The notes under the pieces: model-generated
What the model was told of the DNA's origin: nothing
Databases searched by the model: none
Seen by the model: only the letters and a program-made list of their open reading frames with translations
Shown here: positions 27,007 to 41,200 of the stretch, in pieces
Position numbering within the stretch: position 1 is the first letter of the stretch
Layout: the number at the start of each line of letters is the position of its first letter
Source of the DNA: the human T2T-CHM13v2.0 reference genome, Homo sapiens
DNA length: 64,000 nt
Assembly (NCBI RefSeq): GCF_009914755.1
Contig: NC_060928.1
Direction: 5' to 3' (one strand)
Made by a program: the position numbers and the translations under genes

Positions 27007-27620
27007 TGTTAATACCCAGTTTGGGGGAGAATATGAAATAAGATCTTGTATAATTTGTTGTTGTGAATGTATGTTGATAAATACTGCTTTGGAATACAAT
27101 AACATTCAATACACTCTAATCCTGCAATATTGTTTTACAGTCTTGGAAGCATGCAGTAGGGGACATAAGATAGATTATTAATGCAATGCCTTTCATAAGG
27201 GAGTACACTGAATATAACTCAATATTCATTGACAGAAGGGAGTATGGATACTGCACTAAATAAATATTTTACAGCTATGATATTGAACAAACTACAGCAA
27301 CATTCAATAACGAGTGAATCTTTAGAAAAATAAATTTTATAGAATAGTATGCTTCTATAAAGTCCAAAGCTAGCAAATTTTAAAAATAAAAATATGTGAT
27401 AAATTATTAAATTCATGCCGTAGTTCCAAAATTCAATATAGTTGTTTGGCAACAGTGCAGAGAGATAACATTTGCAGCTGTATACATATATAGCCAAATT
27501 TATTGGTAAGATTCCATTTAGGTATGGTAATGTGGTCATGGTTATTTATTTGTGTTATGTTTTGTAATATATAAATATACATTATTCTTAATCAAATATT
27601 GCATATTGAAACTTTAAACT
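27007..27620 (+). mobile_element. L1ME 3' region; the first 105 bp are an inverted copy of 26273-26377
   Basis: Manual alignment gives 98/105 identity to the reverse complement of 26273-26377. It continues into a degenerate L1ME 3'UTR. Confidence 0.75.
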
Positions 27621-28346
27621 GCATATGATAAATCAAAATGTAAGTATTTGTAGTACAAATTGAGGGAAAAAAACAAGTTCATAATTTAGGTATTAAAAGC
27701 AGTTTCTGAAAAGTCTAAGTTGGATAACTATACAAATAATTTCACTCAGCTCTTGAATTTTCTAACAATATATTTAGTTTTCAAATTCCAGGATACTTTT
27801 TTGCTCAGTCCTGTCAAGTCCACAGCTTTTGTTTAATCATATAAAATATAGAATATCTTCTCCTGTTCCAAAAATTATTTAGGTCCTACTTTGAGCAGTG
27901 AACTCTAATTGTTTAAGTATTTTAAATATATTGCGGATATGCTGTGAAGTCCAGGCTGAAGCTGTGTTTTACTCTGAAAGGAAGTACTAGATTCACTCTC
28001 TCTACAAGCTTTTTTTATTAATAAAATATTTACCAATTTTAGATTCATGTTTTCTTAGACAAAATACAGAAACAGTAGTGTACATATCTCTAATAAAAAT
28101 TGTAAATGTAAGTTATAAAATCCTATTACTTTTTAATATTATCTTCCTGAAAAGAGTATGATTTATTTCCCCATAAACCATCCATATTTATTGTCTTTGT
28201 ATTGTGTCCAGTCTTGCAGACCAGAATAGAGTGAGGGAAATGCATTCATTAAACTCATCCTGAGTTCATAGAAATAAGAGTTGTCAGTAATTTCACCCAT
28301 TGACTTAGACGTGAGTTAAGTTTCTTTCACAGAATGAATATATATG

Positions 28347-29051
28347 AAGTCATATGTCATTTAATGATAGGGTAGGGATATGATCTGAAAAATGCTTTCT
28401 TAGGTGATTTTATTGTATGAACATCATAGAGTATACCTACATAAACCTAGATGGCATAGCCTGCCATACACCGAGGCTCTATGTTATAGCCTATTGCTCC
28501 TAGACTACAGACCTGTACAGCATGTTACTGCACTGAATACTGTAGACAATTGTAACACTATGGTATTTGTGTATCTAAATATATAAACATTAAAATGGTA
28601 CAAGCCAGATGTGGTGACTCTAGTTTGTATTCCCAGTGTTTGGAAAGCCAAAGTGGGAGGATCTCTTGAGGCAAGGAGTGTGAGACAAGTCTTGGCAACA
28701 TTGTGAGACTCCTTCATCTCTACAAAAAAAAAAAAAAAAAAGAGAGAGAAGAAAGAAAAAACTAATTGGTAGAGTGTGGTGGTGTGTGCCTGTAGTCTCA
28801 GCTTTTGGGTAGGCTGAGGCAGGAAAATCTCTTTAGCCAAGAAGTTTCAAGCTGCAGTTAGCTGTGATCACGCCACTGCATTCTAGCCTGGGTGACAGAG
28901 TGAGACCACATTTCTTAAAATAAATAAATAAATAAAAAGGTATAGTAAAAAATAATACATTTTTAATATACCAGTGGTCCTGGTGGCATGGAACCAGTAT
29001 TACATATGAGGTCCATCATAGACTGAAATTTTATTATGTAGCACATGACTA
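28347..29051 (+). mobile_element. Tigger3a (TcMar-Tigger DNA transposon)
   Basis: AGTCATATGTCATTTAATGA..CATAAACCTAGATGGCATAGCC..GCACATGACT, with inverted termini in a TA-rich context. Confidence 0.85.
28603..28935 (+). mobile_element. AluJ within Tigger3a
   Basis: Diverged dimer with an expanded central A tract. Flanks AAAATGGTACA / AAAAAGGTATA. Confidence 0.9.
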
Positions 29052-29506
29052 TATATATTCTTCCCTAATTCTACCTTCTATGCCTTATGATTCACAAGGA
29101 AAAAAAAGAGCAATAAGTTAGCATTGTTCTCAAAATACTGGTTTCTCTTTCAATATGATTCAACAAATTAGCTATAATCAGCTGTAAGTCAAGCACGGCA
29201 AGTCGTTAATTCTTGTTAATTTTCCCTCAGATTAAGGTAAAATACAAATTTCCCAACTTCAGGAATTTGGCCCAACCACAAGATAATAACAAAAACATTA
29301 AAAATGCATATTTTATGTTGCTAAGAAAAAATACCTATGTCACAAACTTTGTATACAAGAAATCTTCCCAGAGGAGAGTTTTGTGAGGATTTTCTTACCT
29401 ATAATTTTCTTTCTATTTCAAATAATCTGTGTTTGTTATTTTGTGTCATGCATAGTGAGCATATGAACCAGAAAACTCATATTTTTTGTTTGTTTTTTGA
29501 AAGTAA

Positions 29507-29859
<353 letters not shown>

Positions 29860-30021
29860 TTCTATGTTTCTTTATCTCTCTACTTACCTTCAATATTTCT
29901 TTGCTTGTTGAGTGTAATGGGCATGTAGTTCTTTTAGAGATTAACCGCTGGAGTGGATAAGTGTTCTTTGCAAACCAATGAATTCTGGGCAAGTTTCTTT
30001 TTACTCAGCTGTTTACATGAG

Positions 30022-30513
30022 TTTGATGGCTAATTTTTGGTGTCAAGCTGACTGAATTAAGGACTACCTAGATAGCTGATAAAGCACGATTCTTGAGTGT
30101 CTCTCTGAGGGTGAGGGTGTTTCCAGAGGAGACTGGTGTGTGAGTTAAAGGACTGAATGGGGGAGATCAGCCCTTAATGTGAGCGGGCTCCATCCACTTG
30201 CCTGGGGACCAGATGGAACAGAAAGGCAGAGGAAGGACAAATTTCTGTTCTGTGTCCAGAAGCCAGGACACTCTCCTTCCTCTGCCCTTGGACACCAGTA
30301 CTGAAGGTCTCTGACCATTGAACTCTGGATTTGCACCAGTGGTCCTCTGGGTTCTCAAGCCTTTAGGCTGTGACCGAGAGTTACACCACAGCTTTCAGAC
30401 CTGGACTGAGCCACATTACTCACTTTCTTAGGACTCCAGTTTGCAGATGGCCTATTGTGAGACTTCTCAGTCTCTATAATTGTGTAAGCTAACTCACCTA
30501 ATAAGGCCCCTCT

Positions 30514-30548
<35 letters not shown>

Positions 30549-30615
30549 ATCTATCTATCTATCTATCTATTATATCCTATTGGTTCTGTCTTTCTGGAGA
30601 ACTCAGGGTAAAACA
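30022..30615 (+). mobile_element. MLT2C-like (ERVL) solo LTR with an internal (TCTA)n at 30514-30575
   Basis: TGATGGCTAATTTTTGGTGTCAA..GGTGTTTCCAGAGGAGACTGG..CCTATTGGTTCTGTCTTTCTGGAGAAC. Confidence 0.85.
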
Positions 30616-31331
30616 ATTAGTCAAATACTTCTCTTCAAGACAAAGTGGTACATTTACTATGAATCTATAATGTAGGTCTAGGATGGTAATTTTTAAATGA
30701 CTGTGTGCAAATCCCTCAAGGGGTATTATGAAAGAAATATTCTCTTTATTTTCCATTTATTCTCCTTCCCTCTGAGGATCCACATTGACTTAAACGTATT
30801 TGCAATAGCGGGAATAAAGAAGTGTGCCTGTGGTAATTCTGGGTGGGGAACACTTCCTGTCAGGCTTCCCTGTGATAACTTTTGCATTTCTGGTGAACCT
30901 CATGCTAGGTTACTGCTCATCTGTGTAAATGTTTCCCAGTTTGCCTGAAAAGTTACGTAAGTTGCCTTTTCAACCATGAAGTAAGATTACTTCAAGATGG
31001 TTAAAATAGTTACAGAAGTTTAGATTTACCTTATAACAGTAATTCTTTTTTTACTATATAGAATTAAATATATATATATGTATATACATATATTTGCAAA
31101 AGCTGATTTACTTTAGTGTGCCATTTATAATAGAACATAGTAATTTTCAGTGGTTTTAGCTTTTCAGTTTTGATTATATAAGAGAGGAAAACTAGACTAT
31201 GACCTTCATCTTTAGTGTTAACTACAGATTCCCTAACCACTCTTACAAAGGGAGTTCAGTCAAATTGCCTAGCTTACAAATAAATCCATGAAGGCGTTTT
31301 TAAACTGCGTTAAACACTTTGAATAAAAGTA

Positions 31332-32257
31332 TGATTATGGAGGGTTATTTACAGAAAAACTCCGTGAAACTGTGTTTTCACAGTTTCCTCACACCACAAC
31401 AAGGAGGAAGTTTCCTCCTTCCTCACACCACAACAATCGTCAACACAGAAGATTTTTATGAGCAAATGTATTGGGGTTTCCCCCCACCACCAAGCAGTGG
31501 ACACCAACTGGGTGTCTTCCAGTTCAACTCTGACACTATCTACCTGGAAATACTGTCAGATCCCACAGGATGAGGGCTCAGTCCCCAAGACTACCTCCCC
31601 ACAGACATCATCACAAGTCTGGGCCTCTGAAACTTCTGACTGACTGGCTTCAAGTTGGGGTTCCTACAATACCCTCTTTGGGTTTGATTAATTTGATGGA
31701 GCAGCTCACATTACTAAGGGAAACACTTATGTTTACTGGTTTATTATAAAGGATATTACAGAAGATACAGATGAAGAGACATAGGAAGTGGTATGGGGAA
31801 AGGGGTGCACAGCTTGCATTGGCCCCCCTGGGGCACCACCCTCCAGGAGCTTAAACATTTAGTCGAAGCTCCCCAAACCCTGTCCTCTAGGGCTTTTATG
31901 AGAGCTTCACTACGTAGGCATGACTAATAACCATATACAAATGTGATTAGACAAAAAAAACGCAGGATCTAGACCTAGCGAGGCCTGTCTGTTCTGACTT
32001 TTCTTGGCCTCTCTGTGTAGCATTCCTTCTCTAGGGTATGGGGCAGGACTCTCCCTAGAATGGGGGGTTTTTGACCCACAATCAGATTACAGTCCTGAGG
32101 TGAAAGAGAACAGGAGGTCAGAAACAGAGATTCTATTTCCTGTGGCCTAAAGTGCCTCAACATTATAACAAAAACTGTGGGAGTTAGAAGCCAGGAAGGA
32201 TGAAAATCTATAAATAAATAAATATTTTTATATCTATATCTATATCTAATAGCACCA
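31332..32257 (-). mobile_element. MER21A/B LTR
   Basis: CTGACACTATCTACCTGGAAATACTGTCAGATCCCACAGG..GAGGGCTCAGTCCC..GGTTTATTATAAAGGATATTACA. Confidence 0.85.
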
Positions 32258-32615
32258 CGAGGGGAGAGAGAGAGAAAGAGAGAGAGAAATTTTAACAAAC
32301 TAGCTAAACTGTCTTAGAATTCCATAGGACAAAATATCAAATTTTCCTTTGTAATAAAAATGACAATACTATATTAGAGTATGAGCATAACATCTAAATT
32401 ATACAGACAAGCACCATAAAATACCTATACAAAGGAAAAACAAAAGAACCACACAGAGTCATAGATTTGTTTCAAAACTATGTTTAGTGTCAAGGATACA
32501 GATTGCTTTTTAGCATTTTGGAGGTAACTTCTTGAGATCTGTGAGTTTTTAAAAAAAACATGATGTTATGTTGTAGCCTATGACTATGGTTCCAAGCAAG
32601 GATCCTGGTCTAATT

Positions 32616-32649
<34 letters not shown>

Positions 32650-34026
32650 ACTGGCCGAAGCAATCAGGCCCACTCCTGAGGAATGCTGAGGAATGTTCCC
32701 TCGACACTCCTTCAGCAATCTTTTGCGATATGATATAGCAGTAAAAGCCAACATGGAGTAGAGAGGACAGAATTACTCTTGCGTTTGAAACCGCAAACAG
32801 TCCCAAACAAAACACATAAAACAACAAATTTCAAAACACTAGACATCAATCAATGAAGAATAGTAATTCCTGAGAGATGACACACACACACACAAATGGT
32901 GAGCCCGACAATTGCTGCAGTGTGTTGCATTGAGAGAATGTTCGCCCACGGTGCAGAGAAGGAAAACTTAAGGGGAAACTAGAAATCTCTCATCTTATGT
33001 TGAGAAGATGGAGTTGAGAGTTCAGGGCAATCAAGGCACTTAATCTCATAAGACAGTGTACCAGAGAAAAGAGAACTGCACATAGAGAGAATCCCAGAGA
33101 TCTGCAGATAGTCCTCCTTGAGTATTTAACAGAGTACTGATCAGCTTACATGTGTGAGCAAACTACCTTAGGATAAGAGAGATCATCCAAAATGATTACA
33201 GAAAACAGTGTTGGGGACTCACGCAGGGCCAACGACAGTACCTGTTCTATCTTGGCCACATTGGATTGAAAAAAATCATCAATTTATAGGATTTTGCATA
33301 GAGTATTTAGGAAAAGTCCTTCTTCAGTACTGAGGAATAATTAACCCCACACTGAGCATTGCTTCAGAACGCTTTAATAAGGAATACAAACAATCCCCGA
33401 AAAGATTAAACTGTTTACAAATAGCATCTCAAAACAAAGCTCAAGAAAATGTATGGGCATACAAAATATCTAGCACTACCAAGTTAAATTCACAAGGTCT
33501 GGCATTTAATCAGAGATTACCAGGCATCTTATTAGAAAAGTAAAAGCAACACATAATAACGAGAATAATAAATCAATCAAAACTGATGCAGAACTAACAC
33601 AGATACTAGAATTAGCAGAGAAGGATATTAAAGCATTTATTTTAGCTATACTCCATAGGTTGAAAAAGTTAGAGACAAAGAAGATATAAAAGAGAATTAA
33701 ATTGAAATTGTAGAGACTACAATGTCAAGATAAAATATAACTGGATGAGACTGACCACAGATTAGATTTTGTAAAAGAAAATATAAATGAAATTTAAGGC
33801 CTAGCAACAGAAACTACCAAAAATGAAACACAGAGGGGGAAAAGAAGAATCTACAACAAGGAAAAGACTACAGGCTCTGGAACAACTTCAAGCAGCCTGA
33901 TTTATGAGTAATTGTATCCCCAACAAAGAGGGGGAAAAGATGAACTAAAAAGATATTTGAAGAAATAATGGCTGAACATTTCCAAGCTTGATAAAAACTA
34001 TAAGCAAATAGATCTAACATACTCAG

Positions 34027-34603
34027 TGTCTTAGTCCAGTTTTCTATTGTTTATTACAGAACACCTAAAACTGGGTAATTTATAAAGAAAAAGGCATTTA
34101 TTTCTTACAATTCTGGAGGCATCTGGTGAGGGCCTTCTTGTTGGTGGGGTCTCTACAGAGTTTAGAGGTGATGCAGAGCATGCCATGACAAGAGGGCTGA
34201 GCGTGCTAATGTGCTTACTTTGTTCTCTCTTCCTCTTCTTAAAAAGCCACAGGTTCCACTCCCATGATGACCAATCTATCCATTAATCTATGAATGGGTT
34301 AATCCATTCATAATGTCAGAGCCCTTATGATCCAATCATTAGGTGATCCAATCACCTCTTAAAGGCCCCAGCTTTTTTTTTTTTTTTTTTGAAACAGGAT
34401 CTTGCTCTGTCACCCGGGCTGGAGTGCACTGAATCCTCAAACTCCTGCGCTCAAGTGATTCTCCTACCTTAGCCTCATCAGTAGCTGGGACTATAGGTGC
34501 ATACCACCACACCTGGCTATTAAAGACCACAGCTTTAATACTGACACATTGGGGATTAAGTTTCCAACACATAGAATTTCAGAAACACAGTCAAATCATA
34601 ATA
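34027..34603 (-). mobile_element. MSTC-like solo LTR
   Basis: TGTCTTAGTCCAG..CTGGGTAATTTATAAAGAAA..CATCTGGTGAGGGCCTTCTTG..CACATTGGGGATTAAGTTTCCAACAC. Confidence 0.82.
34373..34518 (-). mobile_element. Alu monomer (FLAM/FRAM-type)
   Basis: A single arm with poly-T. Flanks TTAAAGGCCCCAGCTTT / TTAAAGACCACAGCTTT. Confidence 0.82.
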
Positions 34604-35689
34604 TTTAGTAAAACTCAAGGAAATATGAAGAAAACTAAGCGATGATATATCATGATAACATTTCTTAATATAATTAATAAAAATAAATTATTAAAAGCAG
34701 CCATAGGAAAAAATATTACATTTAGAGGAACAAAAATGGAAATGACACCAGATTTCTTGCTGTAAACAGTACAAGCAAGGAGTTGGTAGAGCAATACCTT
34801 TAAAGAAAATTTTTTTTAAACTATGAACCTAGAATTTTATAACGGGAAGACACATCTTTCAAAAATGAAGGTGTAATAAAGACATTTTCAGATATATAAA
34901 AATTGAAAAAATTTATCACCAACAGTCTCACACTAGAAGAAATGTTAAAGGAAGTCTTTATGATAGAATGAAAATGTTAACAGATAAATATCTGATCTAT
35001 CCAAAGAAATGAAGAGCACTAGAAATGTTACAATATGGGTACATGTAAAGGTTGTTTTTCCTTATTATGTAAGTCTCTATGAAAGAAAAAGAGACTGTTT
35101 ATCTGGCTGTTTCCACAAAATAATAGCATATTCTTATTCAATAATAATGTACATAGCATATATAATTACATGTATAATAATACATATATAATTAAAGATA
35201 TGATAACGCATATATTACGTGTGTAATTATAATAACAAGGTATTTCATGGCGTACAACATACATAAATTTAAAATGCATGCGGGAGCTATGGTCATTAAA
35301 GCATCATGTTATTGTCACAAAGATGGACAAATAAGAACAGAATAAAAAATCTAGAAATAAACCCACACGTATATAGAAAACTAATTTTTACAAAGGCACA
35401 AAGGTAATGGAGACATTATAGGCTTTCCAATAAATTGTGCTGGGACAATCAGATATTCATACGCAAAAAATATATTTTAAAATAATTAATTTTAAAATTA
35501 ATTTTTTAAACATTAATTAAAATAGATAATACACCTAAATTTAAAATGTTAAGTTATAAAACTTCCAGAAGAAAGCTTAGGAGAAAATTTCACATGCTTA
35601 GCTTAGGCAAAGATATCTTGGAAACAACACCACAACACCAAAAGCACAATCTATAAAATAACAAATTGCTCCCTAAGCTTTCAGGTATT

Positions 35690-36010
35690 TTAACAGGCCT
35701 TTGGCTCAGTAGAACTCTGTCTCATAAATATCTCCATGCCTACCTCCTTCATCTCTAAAATTCTTCTCAACCACATGTTTTCCAGTGAGGCCTGCCCTGA
35801 ATACGTTGTTTTAAATTACATACCATCCTCTATCCCACAGCACTTCTAATAACTGTACCTGCTCTGTTGCTCTGTTTTTCCCATGGTACTTTACCCTCTA
35901 ACCTATTATCTAATTTGCCTATTAACTGTGCGCGTCATTATTATTTACTACTCAGTTAAACTGTGTGGTGCACAGTAGATACTTAAGAAATATCTGTTAA
36001 CAAAATGAAG
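35690..36010 (+). mobile_element. L2 3' fragment
   Basis: CAGTGAGGCCTGCCCTGA..GCACAGTAGATACTTAAGAAATATCTGTTAACAAAATGAA. Confidence 0.65.
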
Positions 36011-36513
36011 AGAACCAATTGTCCAAAAAACACCCCAAATGTTAATTGGTTGCCCCTGGGGAGCAGGAACTGGAGACAGAAGTGGGAAGGTAGAATACTG
36101 TATAAGTATTTGCAAATGACTTGATGATTAAATTAGATACATTATTATGATTATTTAAAACTTATTTTTAATGAAATAATGATGACTTATTATTGCTTTT
36201 AATCAAAGCAACATGCATCCCAAATTTGTTGTTTTCTGCTTTCTTGTCTAAGCGTTGCTGCAGTAGAACAATACTTTCTTAGAAAACATTTCACTGTGGT
36301 CATCCTGTTATTTATCACCCAAACTGGGAGCTTTGGAGATTTCCAGATGACAAACTGGATGGTACTCTCAGATCCAGGCACCAAGTGGGATTCTGCTCTG
36401 TAAAACTGCATGCCAATGATCCACAGGAAATGTTGAGATTCTGTGTACTTGTAGTTGAGCATAGATTTCAAACAGATGAATTTTTGAATGAGAAGAAACA
36501 GAAACACTTTATA

Positions 36514-36842
36514 TAGGTTCAAATCTTTTACCAGCAATTCTGAAGTCAGAAAAGAAGTTCTGAAAACTGAGAAGGCTTTAAGTCTGTATTATGGCAAAAC
36601 CAAAAAAAGACCTGAGCACATTTGTTGCCAAAACCCTTGAAGTCTTTAGTCAGTCCACTTAGTATGAATGTTCATAAATTTTACTGCAGAAACATTAATG
36701 CGCATGAATATTGTTTTCTGCCCAGGCAAAATATTATGTAATATACATTCTAACCAATTAATTATCTTTTTAAAATTAGAAAAATTCAAAATTCTGAAAC
36801 AAATCTGATCCCATATATTTCAGTTAAGAAACTGTGAACTTA
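36514..36842 (-). mobile_element. MER46C-like Tigger DNA transposon
   Basis: CCACTTAGTATGAATGTTCATA..CTGCAGAAACATTAATG..AATTCTGAAACAAATCTG. Confidence 0.7.
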
Positions 36843-37669
36843 CATATATTTTTCCTAATTATCCTTTTACTTTAGGATTTTGTGGGTTAAAATGGAAGGC
36901 AACATTTTTAGGAGGAAATGGGGCATCATTTAGGTCAAGTAAGCCTTTCATTGATGGTTGAGACATGGAGAAGAGAAGATGCTATTATTTAGCACTTGAT
37001 CTGGAAGCGAGTGGAAGCCACCAGATCCCCATTGCAGGGAGAGTATGGCAACACTGGAACTTCAGAGCCAACAGTGCTTTATTTAGGAAGCTTTATATTT
37101 TACAAACTTTTATTTTTTAATGTTCTCAGCCTTTTTTTCTCATATAGATGTTCAAAAACAATTCCTGTAGCATCAACCTGAAAAATATATCTAGTATAAT
37201 AAATAAAAAGATTCTAGAAAAAAATGAGTAACTTACTCATGTATAGGAATAATAATGTCTTTCTTAACTGGGCAGCGTGATTCAGTGAAGATGAAACTTC
37301 CTTTTTATGTTGTTGTTCTCTGAATTTCTGATATTTTCATGTCACTTCAATTCTCTCTAGGGCCCGTTACTGTCAGATTCCGGCAGTTGACCCTGGTGAT
37401 TTCACAGCAGCAAGCACTGCAGGCGTTCCCAACACACAAGGCAAACTCTGTATATGGGCTCACCACCCACAGATCCAGCTGTCTGTCATGTCGTTCCCAT
37501 ATTGAAGGAACATAACCTGTTATTAAGCCAATTCAGCCCTGGAAGAAGGAACAAGTTTCCAAAATGCAATCTTTGAGTTTGGAAAATGGCATTTGAGAGG
37601 TATAAATAAAGCTAAATTCTTATAGAACTTAAACAGCATTGTGGTTATTATGTATTTTTTAAAGAAACA

Positions 37670-39580
37670 TTTTTTCTTTGAATTTTTTTTTAATGTTTAC
37701 AGCAAAGTTGCAAAGATAGTATATAGTGTTTCCTAATACCCCTACTAAGTTTTAGTTTCCCCTTCTGATGTTGACTTATGTTACCACAGGACAAGTGTCA
37801 AGGTAAATAAACCAATATTATTAGTACATTACTATTAACTAAACTTCAGACTTTCTTCATTCTCACCAGTTTTTCTATCAATGTCCCTTTTCTGTTCTTG
37901 GATCCTGTTCAGGGTAGCACATTGCATTTAGTTATCCTGTCTCCTAACTCTCACCTGGTCTGTGAGCATTTCTTAGTCTCTCTGTGTTTTACATGACCTA
38001 GCCAGTTTTAAGAGGTACTGGTCAGGTATTTTGCAGAATGTCTCTCAAATTGGGGTGTCTTATTTTTTTCTCATAGTTAGACTGGAGTTAATGGGGTTTT
38101 CAGAAAGAATAACACTGAGGCAATGTGTCTTCTTCATTACATCATATCAGGGGAAAATGCGGTATCTCCTGGTGATGTTAACCTTGTTTACTTGGTTAAA
38201 GTACTGTGTGCCATGTTTCTCCACTGCAAAATTTCTCTTTTCCCTTGTTATATTCAATTCTTTTAAAATGAGTCATAAATACAGTCCATTCTCTAAAGAA
38301 GGTGGGAACTAAGGTCCATCTCCTGAAAAAGGAATTACTACATATACAGTTTAGAATATTTTGCACAGATTTGTCTATTGCCCCATTTATATTTACCTAA
38401 TATCAAAATGGACACATTTGTATTTATTTCATATTTTGGGTTACAATTCAATATTCTGTTTTTTTTGTTGTTGATGCTCACATTTTCTTTGCTTTGACCG
38501 TTGGAAGTTCCTCTAATTCAGCTTCTCTGTCTCTTTGACATGCCCTCATCCTGTTGTTTTCTTGAACATTTCCTTTTGTTATGGTACTAAAAGCTGCTCC
38601 AGGTTCATTTTGTATCAGCTCTAGAACAGACTATTTCTCAAAGGAGTCCTTAGTCCTTCTCCTGGCTCATCATATTTTAAAATCAAAATCTGGGCACTGG
38701 GTGTGCTTCTTGTTACTGGGGTGTCATTGCTTCGAGGCTCTTTCAGCTGCCAGAACTTTAGGTAAAGTATGTTCTAATTTATGTATATTAACATATCTAT
38801 AATTGTTTCTGTCACTATCTTGTTAAAGATATTATGTCATGTATCTCTCTATATATGTTAAATATACATAAGTTCAGCTGGGAACGGTGGCTCATGCCTG
38901 TAATCTCAGCACTTTGGGAGGCCAAGGCGGGTGGATCACAAGGTCAGAAGTTCAAGACCAACCTGGCCGTGATGGTGAAACCCGGTCTCCACTAAAAATA
39001 CAAAAAATTAATTAGCCGGGCATTGTGGCAGGCACCTATAATTCCAGCTACTCGGGAGGCTGAGGCAGGGAATTGCTTGAACCCGGGAGGCGGAGGTTAC
39101 AGTGAGCTGAGATCGCACCACTGCACTCGAGCCTGGGAGACAGAGTGAGACTCCATCTCAAATAAATAAATAAATAAACAAACACAAGTTCACACTGATG
39201 TCTCCAACTCTAGTCTAGTACCATAGGGTTCATTCTTGCCATTTTGATTATCTGTGGCTTTCTTCTCTGACTGTGAGAATCTTGGCTGCCATCATCCAAT
39301 GAGAAACCATTTACCACCTAGAATACAGTGTCTATACACGGTTACTTTTGTTATTACCCTTAAAATTTTCAGTCAAAATACTGTTATCTACAGCTACTAA
39401 AGCCAGATCCATTTTACCCATTTTTGGTGCACTTATGCCATACATTTGTAACACAGTCAGATTCATTTTTTACAGTCTACAATCCATTGCTGGATCCCTA
39501 AAATACTGGTTGATTTTTTAGATGTTTGTCTGTGTCCATTAAAAGCACTTATAGTAATGTAAAGTTCTATTGATTTTATT
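37670..39580 (-). mobile_element. L1MC 3'UTR (L1MC3/4-like)
   Basis: TTTACAGCAAAGTTGCAAAGATAGTA..CATTACTATTAACTAAACT..GTACTGGTCAGGTATTTTGCAGAATG. Confidence 0.8.
38876..39180 (+). mobile_element. AluSg-like
   Basis: Full dimer with a (TAAA)n tail, flanked by ..AAGTTC repeats. Confidence 0.92.
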
Positions 39581-39596
39581 AATTAAAAAATGGTTA

Positions 39597-39824
<228 letters not shown>

Positions 39825-40224
39825 TCACTACTTCCTGATTACCTTTATTGTAAGAAGAATTTTTCAAAATTCCAACTCATTTACATGTTTATGAGTTTTA
39901 AAGATGATAATGAAACCAAGTATTTTGTATATGTGTGTCTGTTTACTATTATGTATCATATGTAGTACTTACCCAATACTATTTCTTCACTATAATTTTT
40001 AGTTATAATTATATAAGTAAGACGTTTGTATGCATGTTTTTAACAAAAGAAACATGTTTTAACATATACATACGTCTTTTAATGCATCCTTTCAAAACTG
40101 TGATTTATCAAGTAAAATATTTTTTAAAATTCTAAATTTTACTCATTCAGTATGTCCATATAATGAATTAAAAATAAAATTAAAAATGAAAACCAGTTTT
40201 CTGAATTAGGCATTCTCCTTATAG

Positions 40225-40415
40225 TGGCACTATATATAGTGATAAACTTTGAAAATACTCCATTATTTATTAGCTATGTAACTTTGGGCAAGTCATAGTA
40301 TTAATCTCTCTGGCCTTAGTTTTCTTAATCAAAACTCAGAGTCATACTATTAACAGTACAAAAATCAAAGGAAGAGTAAAAGAACCAATTAAGATAACAT
40401 TTTTAAAGCATCAGA
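40225..40415 (+). mobile_element. MIR
   Basis: TTATTAGCTATGTAACTTTGGGCAAGTCA..TCTCTGGCCTTAGTTTTCTT core. Confidence 0.7.
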
Positions 40416-41074
40416 GGCTACTTCATGTGACACAATACTATATAGATATAGATACCAATATAGATAGATATTGTGTGTTGTTCATAGATTTTTAGTACAT
40501 TTTTAAGTGCAAATATAATTTATTGTGTTGCATTCATCTACATTATATATATGTGTGAAATTTGTGAATTGCTGTCTGTAAATATCTATAAACAACACAT
40601 TCAGCCATTTGCCTAGAGGTTTACTGCTATGAAAAAGAAATAATTAGAATTTTTCAAGTACAAGTGGGATGGACTGTAAATTGAACATAATTATTGGAAA
40701 TCGCTTTATGTCAATTCAGAAGCTTATACTTAATAATTCAGGGTTATTTTATAATTGAATGTTTATGTCAAGATCAACATTAGTGAGGGATGTTGGAAAA
40801 GATTAGAAATAATGTACAAGAAACTTTGCATATTACTGCTAGTTCTGCTACTTGGCACAGTATTTTGTAATTATGTCATAACTAAAAATCATAGATTATA
40901 CCACAAGAGTTTTCATTGTCCTTATTATTTATCATTTTTGAGTGTCCACCAGATTTGCGTTACTTTTTAAATCATTTAAATGCTTTAAACTCTCTTGCCA
41001 AGAAAATCAAACAAACATGTATCCCAATCTGCAAATAGGAAGCCAGGAAGCTAAATCAAATTAGCACACAATGT

Positions 41075-41200
41075 ACATGTGTATGCATATATATATACTC
41101 ATATATATTCATATATATGTATATACACACTTACATGAACACACATACTTACATGTATGTCTGTGTGTATATATGCATACACACATGAATACATATATCT
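41075..41200. repeat. (TA)/(CA)-rich simple repeat
   Basis: Visible alternating dinucleotides. Confidence 0.85.

Larger units (their letters stand above)
32700..35670 (+). mobile_element. Old L1M (L1MD/MC-type) 5'UTR + ORF1, joined to a late-ORF2 piece (~35290-35670)
   Basis: CCAGAGATCTGCAGA..AGTACTGATCAG 5'UTR motifs, an ORF1 remnant, then TATAAAACTTCCAGAAGAAAGCTTAGGAGAAAA. Confidence 0.72.

Noticed and set aside
26915-27181. Antiparallel ORFs sharing the peptide NVHSLVNR
   Set aside because: A by-product of the DNA hairpin at 26916-26991, not coding evidence.
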